Both the position numbers and the translations under genes were made by a program. This document shows positions 58,867-64,000 of a stretch of DNA of 64,000 nt, piece by piece. Position 1 is the stretch's first letter. Each line of letters begins with the position of its first letter. The notes below the pieces were generated by a model. That model saw only the letters and a program-made list of their open reading frames with translations. It did not search any database and was not told the origin of the DNA. This DNA is from a virus (taxonomy: Duplodnaviria; Caudoviricetes): positions 62,320-126,319 of IMG/VR virus record IMGVR_UViG_3300033121_001619; one strand, written 5' to 3'.

Positions 58867-59835
58867 ATGCCACGTACGCTTATCTCGCAACCGTCACAAG
58901 TTCATTCCTCTGAGACGTATGACGATGCGCTGTCTGTGGGCTCCGGCTTGCAGACTGGGTCGACGTCGCTCGAATACGACCTCAATGCTCTCCGGACGCA
59001 GGTCAAGAGAATCCTGTGGGGTGCGGCATCAGGCTCTTGGTTCGATTCCGTCTCGGAGCCTTCTGGCTCTGGATCGGGGCGCGGTCTCAACACTGTCAAC
59101 TATGATTTGACAGACGTGGAGCAGAAGCGCCTGCTCTTTCGTCGTCAAGTCATCAGCATGGTAGACGTCGCCACGGGATCGAACGTCGCTCTACTCAGCT
59201 CTTCTCTGGGCACGGCACCTGTCGGTCTAGCAGTCGTATATCACCCGTTGCTGACGTCATCCACAGCTGTCGGGACAATCGTGTCTCTCCTCTCTGGTTC
59301 GGAGGGATCATATGGCACGGCCAGTCTCTCGTTGGTCTCTGGTAGCACCAGGATCACCCCAAAGAATCTGTGCGTGATCAGGGATGCATACACCCTCAAT
59401 GCACTCACGACTTCCGCCGGCAGTCACCAGATATACGGTCTCCTCCAGGTCGAATCTGGGACGAATACCGGAGATGCTTTCGGTGACGTCTCGACGCGTT
59501 CGCAGATATCGTTCGTATACCCACTCGTGTCAAACGGGACCGCGTCTCTCACCCTAGCGTCATCTCAAGACGTCGGAGGACGTTCGATCAATTGCGCTTA
59601 TGTCGAGAGGACAGCGTTCGACGACATCTCCGAGGAAGCTTTCCTGTTTGACGACGTCTTCGTTGGTAAGAGCTCATCGACGATATCGACGACGACAGGG
59701 TCATTGACAGCCACGCAAGTGGGTCAAGTACTGTACTCCATCGATGGAGCGACTTTTTCTGCGCAGATGCCTATTACGTCTCCCAGCACTGGCTGGCTCA
59801 TACAAGACGACGGCCTACATATCGTCGCGGGATGA
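58867..59835 (+). CDS. Ser/Thr/Gly-rich virion protein
   Basis: 322 aa ORF after a TATTTA motif; composition. Confidence 0.65.
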   Translation: MPRTLISQPSQVHSSETYDDALSVGSGLQTGSTSLEYDLNALRTQVKRILWGAASGSWFDSVSEPSGSGSGRGLNTVNYDLTDVEQKRLLFRRQVISMVDVATGSNVALLSSSLGTAPVGLAVVYHPLLTSSTAVGTIVSLLSGSEGSYGTASLSLVSGSTRITPKNLCVIRDAYTLNALTTSAGSHQIYGLLQVESGTNTGDAFGDVSTRSQISFVYPLVSNGTASLTLASSQDVGGRSINCAYVERTAFDDISEEAFLFDDVFVGKSSSTISTTTGSLTATQVGQVLYSIDGATFSAQMPITSPSTGWLIQDDGLHIVAG

Positions 59836-59841
59836 CATGAC

Positions 59842-61377
59842 ATGGCCAACGCATTGCACAGCAGACAGACAACAGATGATGGGATTCACATCCCGTATGC
59901 GTTCACGTATGCCGATGCTGCTGCCAGGACGAGCGATTCTAGTCGAACATCCGTAGACATAGGGAAGTTCGCTCGTCAACTCGACGACAACTCCATTTGG
60001 ATGCTCGTGTCGATCGCACCGACCTGGGCCACCGTGGGTAGCGCTTCAGGTTCATATGCACCCCTCAGTCGATCCATCAACGCTGGGTCCGGACTGACGG
60101 GAGGCGGTGACCTTAGTGCTGATAGGACGTTGTCAGTCGTCGTCGATCCAAGTGGATCAATATCGGTAGTGTCTGGTGCCTTGCAGGTGGGTATTCTCAC
60201 CGCGGATTCGCAACATGGAATTCTAGGCGGTGGATCTCTACACGCGGTCGCGACCACGGGTAGTTCTGGCTTCTTGTCGTTTAGCGATAAGATAAAACTC
60301 GACGGGATAGCTTCGGGATCGACCAACACTCCTCTGACGAACACGTCACCTGTAGACGTCACTCGATCGACGTCTCAGGTGGGCGTCTCCACCGAAGCAG
60401 CACGTTCAGATCACAAGCACGATGTCTCCACAGCCGCCCCTGTCATCCTAGTCATAGGAGGTTCGAATTCGGAGGGCGTCAGTTCCTCTCTCTCAAGATC
60501 GGATCACGTGCATGCTTTGCCTCCTTTTGGTAGCGTCACTGGCTCCATAGCGGAGGGAAACGACACCAGGCTCACCGACGATAGGATTGCATATGCCATC
60601 CGCACTGCCACGTCGGTGGTATACGTGTCAAGCTCGGCGGCGCCCTCTAGCGGATCTATCCTCGTTGGAGTCTCGTCCACACAGGCACAGTGGGAACCGA
60701 GAATATACCTGTCCGATGTTGCTGCTCAGAACTTGATCAAGTCGAGTTCCACAGCCGGTACTTCATCCACGGCGGCTAGATCCGATCATAAGCACGACAT
60801 CGTCACTGACGTAGGTGGAACGTGGACGATTGGATCCTCAGCCGCCGAGGGTACGTCCACCTCTCTGGCAAGAGCAGATCACGTTCACCTCGTCGCATCT
60901 CCATCAGCTCCTGCAGACGTCACCAAGGCAGCGGCGAGTGCAGGAGTTTCGACAGCCCCAGCGCGTTCTGATCACAAACATGACATTTCTACGAGCACAC
61001 CGGTGGCCGTTGGAACGGGTAGCATCGAAGGAACGTCGACTTCGCTCGCGAGAGCTGATCACGTCCATGATCATGCCTCCGTCAGACAACTCATACACTT
61101 CATCAATGACGGGCCGGCTGAGGGTTACGCGACCGGTCCCTACCGCGAGGCGCTGCCGGCTGGATCTCCCTTCCCGACGTCTATTACGTGGTGGACATCT
61201 GCAACCAAGCTTCACAAGATTGTGGAGAAGACGATAACGCGTGCAACCAACAAGTTTCCTACGTCTATCTCGTGGATGATGTACGATTCTGGCGACGTCG
61301 TCACCGTCACCGTGACGGATACGTATGACTACTCTTCCGGGATATTGACTCCCACCGTAACGAGAACAATCACATGA
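59842..61377 (+). CDS. Tail-fibre-like protein with six (A/S)R(S/A)DH(K/V)H repeats
   Basis: ARSDHKHD x3 alternating with SRSDHVH/ARADHVH x3; INAGSGLTGGGDLSADRTL fibre motif. Confidence 0.75.
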   Translation: MANALHSRQTTDDGIHIPYAFTYADAAARTSDSSRTSVDIGKFARQLDDNSIWMLVSIAPTWATVGSASGSYAPLSRSINAGSGLTGGGDLSADRTLSVVVDPSGSISVVSGALQVGILTADSQHGILGGGSLHAVATTGSSGFLSFSDKIKLDGIASGSTNTPLTNTSPVDVTRSTSQVGVSTEAARSDHKHDVSTAAPVILVIGGSNSEGVSSSLSRSDHVHALPPFGSVTGSIAEGNDTRLTDDRIAYAIRTATSVVYVSSSAAPSSGSILVGVSSTQAQWEPRIYLSDVAAQNLIKSSSTAGTSSTAARSDHKHDIVTDVGGTWTIGSSAAEGTSTSLARADHVHLVASPSAPADVTKAAASAGVSTAPARSDHKHDISTSTPVAVGTGSIEGTSTSLARADHVHDHASVRQLIHFINDGPAEGYATGPYREALPAGSPFPTSITWWTSATKLHKIVEKTITRATNKFPTSISWMMYDSGDVVTVTVTDTYDYSSGILTPTVTRTIT

Positions 61378-62822
61378 GTGATTCCCCAGCAGTCATCATA
61401 TACGGCACCGATCTAACCGGGAGCATCGTCGAGAAGGGAACCGAAGCGAATCCTTTGGGCGTGAGAGAGCACATCGTTTCGACCGGTGGTTTCTATCCGG
61501 ACTATTTCGATGCGATGTTTTCGAATGCTTACGGGGTTCTTAGCACCACGGCGCAAGACTCTGCCGGAAATTTGAAGGCCCGTTCAGCCGTCCTCACCGA
61601 CGAGGGATCGTTTAGAGACGATTTCGGCGGAAGCTCGTTGGATATCTCTACCATCACTGGAACAGCGATCTTCACGAACGGTAGTCAAGACGTCACCGGA
61701 ATCGGTACACTCTTTACGACTGAGCTGAGTCGCTACTACAACATTAGGCTCAGTACGGATCCATCTCCGACGCAGGCTCTCATCGCTGCGATCGTCGATG
61801 ACACCACGATAATTCTCAGGTATCCGTACGAAGGTTCGACCGGAACGGGTAGCATCGTCGCATCGACTTTTGCTTACGTGACCGGCAGCGGCGGTTCGAT
61901 CACCGTGGGTAGCTCAAACGTCACGCTGACGTCTGGTATCACGTCGGGTACGCACACGTACATAGTCAGGTCTGTCGACTACGGCCCACTCGTGTTGAAT
62001 GCTTATGTCTCGACGTCGACGAGACAAGCAAATCAGGAGTATCGAATCGGACTGGTCGATGATCCTGCTGCTCTCACGAATTTCGCGTACATCGTTTTCG
62101 ATGGAACCGACAACACGAAGGGCTATCTTCAGACCGGCGGTAACGCCGGCGACGTGGAGACGTCCTCCGTTTTTACGATACCAAACTCTGGATCGACCGA
62201 TGCTGGTATACTTTGTCGCATAGAGCTGTCGGGTGACCTGGTCACAGCTTACGTCAACAACATAGCTCTAGCATCGAACAGAAGGCACATCCCCGGCTAT
62301 TACGAGTCGTTGAGCTCTTACGCCGGCATCGTCAATACGGGAGTCCCGGCAGGTAGCTCAGACTTCGTCATAGATTCCATCTCCGTCAACAACCTCAACA
62401 TAGTCCAAGTCGGCGGAGGAGCTGCCAATCAGCCGCTCAATGTTTCGATCGGCGGCCCAGACGAACTGGGTGTGTACAAGATACCGACCATTCGAAACAC
62501 TAAGCCGTCATCGACAGACTACTCGATCGTCACGCGTCCGTTTCTACCGGCTGTCAATTCGGTCTCTCACGGTTCAGAAGTCTCCAGCGGAACCGGATCA
62601 TCGTGGACAGTGTTGACATCTTCAGCTGCGACGCAACTTACAATTCTCAACACCAGCAACGCTGACATTGAAGTGAGAAGATCAGGAGCCGGTGTCGGTC
62701 TTCCTGTCGTGGCCAACTCTTACTGGGTGTTTAGAGGAATCTCTAACGCCAATGAGCTGAGCTTCAGGAGAATCGATCAGAGTAACACTCAGGTCACGAT
62801 TTACTACGAGACGGAGAGCTGA
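61374..62822 (+). CDS. Putative tail/fibre-associated protein
   Basis: 482 aa; FTNGSQDVTGIGTLFT is tail-fibre-like. Confidence 0.6.
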   Translation: MSDSPAVIIYGTDLTGSIVEKGTEANPLGVREHIVSTGGFYPDYFDAMFSNAYGVLSTTAQDSAGNLKARSAVLTDEGSFRDDFGGSSLDISTITGTAIFTNGSQDVTGIGTLFTTELSRYYNIRLSTDPSPTQALIAAIVDDTTIILRYPYEGSTGTGSIVASTFAYVTGSGGSITVGSSNVTLTSGITSGTHTYIVRSVDYGPLVLNAYVSTSTRQANQEYRIGLVDDPAALTNFAYIVFDGTDNTKGYLQTGGNAGDVETSSVFTIPNSGSTDAGILCRIELSGDLVTAYVNNIALASNRRHIPGYYESLSSYAGIVNTGVPAGSSDFVIDSISVNNLNIVQVGGGAANQPLNVSIGGPDELGVYKIPTIRNTKPSSTDYSIVTRPFLPAVNSVSHGSEVSSGTGSSWTVLTSSAATQLTILNTSNADIEVRRSGAGVGLPVVANSYWVFRGISNANELSFRRIDQSNTQVTIYYETES

Positions 62823-62827
62823 TCTAA

Positions 62828-64000
62828 ATGGAAGTCAAGGGCGGACCACTAAGAGGAGTTACTGGACCAACTGGTCCAGTAGGCGCCACTGGCGTCGCCG
62901 GCCCCCAGGGTGTGACTGGTGTGACCGGTCCACAAGGAGTGACAGGCGTCCAGGGCGCCACCGGGGTCCAAGGAGCGACAGGCGTCCAAGGCGTCACTGG
63001 TCCCACAGGACCTCAAGGTGCCACAGGACCTCAAGGTGCTACTGGTGTCCAGGGTGCTACTGGTGTCCAGGGCGCCACCGGGGTCCAAGGCGTTACTGGC
63101 TCCACAGGACCTCAAGGTGCCACCGGAGTCCAAGGCGTGACCGGTTCTACCGGTCCTCAAGGTGCCACCGGGGTCCAAGGCGTTACTGGCTCCACAGGAC
63201 CTCAAGGTGCCACCGGGGTCCAAGGCGTTACTGGCTCCACAGGACCTCAAGGTGCCACAGGCGTCCAAGGAGCGACAGGTCCTCAGGGTTCCACAGGACC
63301 TCAAGGTGTCACCGGAGTCCAAGGCGTCACTGGCTCCACAGGGCCTCAGGGTGCTACTGGGGTCCAAGGCGTCACCGGGGTCCAGGGAGCGACAGGTGTC
63401 CAAGGCGTCACTGGTTCCACAGGGCCTCAAGGAGCGACAGGACCTCAAGGAGCGACAGGTGTACAGGGTGCCACCGGAGTCCAAGGCGTCACTGGCTCCA
63501 CAGGGCCTCAGGGTGCTACTGGGGTCCAAGGCGTCACCGGGGTCCAGGGAGCGACGGGAGTTCAAGGCGTCACTGGTTCCACAGGTCCTCAAGGAGCGAC
63601 AGGACTTCAGGGTGCTACTGGCGTTCAGGGTGCTACTGGTGTCCAGGGTGCCACTGGGCCTTCTATCTTCATTGATCGTGCTTCGTGGGGCGGCGCGACA
63701 TACGTCATGTATGGTCCGTCTTCTGCAGTCTTTACAGCAGCGACGTTTGGTTACAGCGGCAACTATGTCATATGGGACGTGAGTAACGGCGTATACACGG
63801 GAGGAATCGGACACACTTCCGTCGGAACGCTAGCTGGTTCTTTCTTCCTGTATCGTGAAGGAACTTGGGAGGTCAATTACTCGTTGCAAGCCACGGGCGT
63901 GCCGAGCGGGAAGTCTCTGGAGTCGTTCTGGCGGTTGTCATCGAACGGATCCATAACGGGAGGCACGGCTGTCGACCCTTCGTACGTCATTTCGGAGATC
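62828..64000 (+). CDS. Collagen-like fibre protein with probable globular C-terminal domain, runs off window edge
   Basis: Not in ORF track; ATG 62828, about 90 Gly-X-Y triplets ([15 protein letters not shown]) at 62855-63664, then non-repetitive sequence. Confidence 0.88.
   Translation, partial: MEVKGGPLRGVTGPTGPVGATGVAGPQGVTGVTGPQGVTGVQGATGVQGATGVQGVTGPTGPQGATGPQGATGVQGATGVQGATGVQGVTGSTGPQGATGVQGVTGSTGPQGATGVQGVTGSTGPQGATGVQGVTGSTGPQGATGVQGATGPQGSTGPQGVTGVQGVTGSTGPQGATGVQGVTGVQGATGVQGVTGSTGPQGATGPQGATGVQGATGVQGVTGSTGPQGATGVQGVTGVQGATGVQGVTGSTGPQGATGLQGATGVQGATGVQGATGPSIFIDRASWGGATYVMYGPSSAVFTAATFGYSGNYVIWDVSNGVYTGGIGHTSVGTLAGSFFLYREGTWEVNYSLQATGVPSGKSLESFWRLSSNGSITGGTAVDPSYVISEI

Noticed and set aside
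62849-63814. Repetitive ORFs 62849-63814 (-) and 63162-63782 (+), or a CRISPR-like array
   Set aside because: These are alternative frames of the collagen Gly-X-Y repeat; there is no repeat-spacer structure.
1-64000. TAG or TGA stop-to-sense recoding (tables 15, 4, 25)
   Set aside because: Conserved genes are not fragmented, and TAG and TGA end genes normally.
1-64000. Apparent abundance of TCGA, GATC and GACGTC palindromes
   Set aside because: Visible by eye, but I cannot separate it from codon preference (GTC, GAC, ATC, TCG) without k-mer statistics.

Overview
A 64 kb segment of a large T4-like (jumbo-type) tailed dsDNA bacteriophage. In order it carries: a minus-strand glycosylation cluster (PseB-like dehydratase, glycosyltransferases, methyltransferases, deacetylase; 1-10083); host-takeover genes (GroEL-like protein, ClpP, DinG-like helicase, histone H1-like protein, PIN-PhoH); large virion-protein genes; DNA metabolism genes (RuvC-like resolvase, primase, fused SbcD-SbcC); the head module (TerL, portal with two inteins, prohead protease with one intein, scaffold, gp23-like major capsid protein); a homing-type endonuclease between 70-bp direct repeats; a tmRNA and an atypical tRNA; and tail/fibre genes ending in a collagen-like protein. 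Main finding: TTA (normally Leu) appears to act as a fourth stop codon. In a manual scan I found no in-frame TTA inside any gene body. In 13 genes the first in-frame TTA falls at or near the expected C-terminus, and TTA also closes the tmRNA tag frame directly after ...LALAA. CDS ends below are given at TTA where this applies. Product calls come from motif recognition only; no database search was run.
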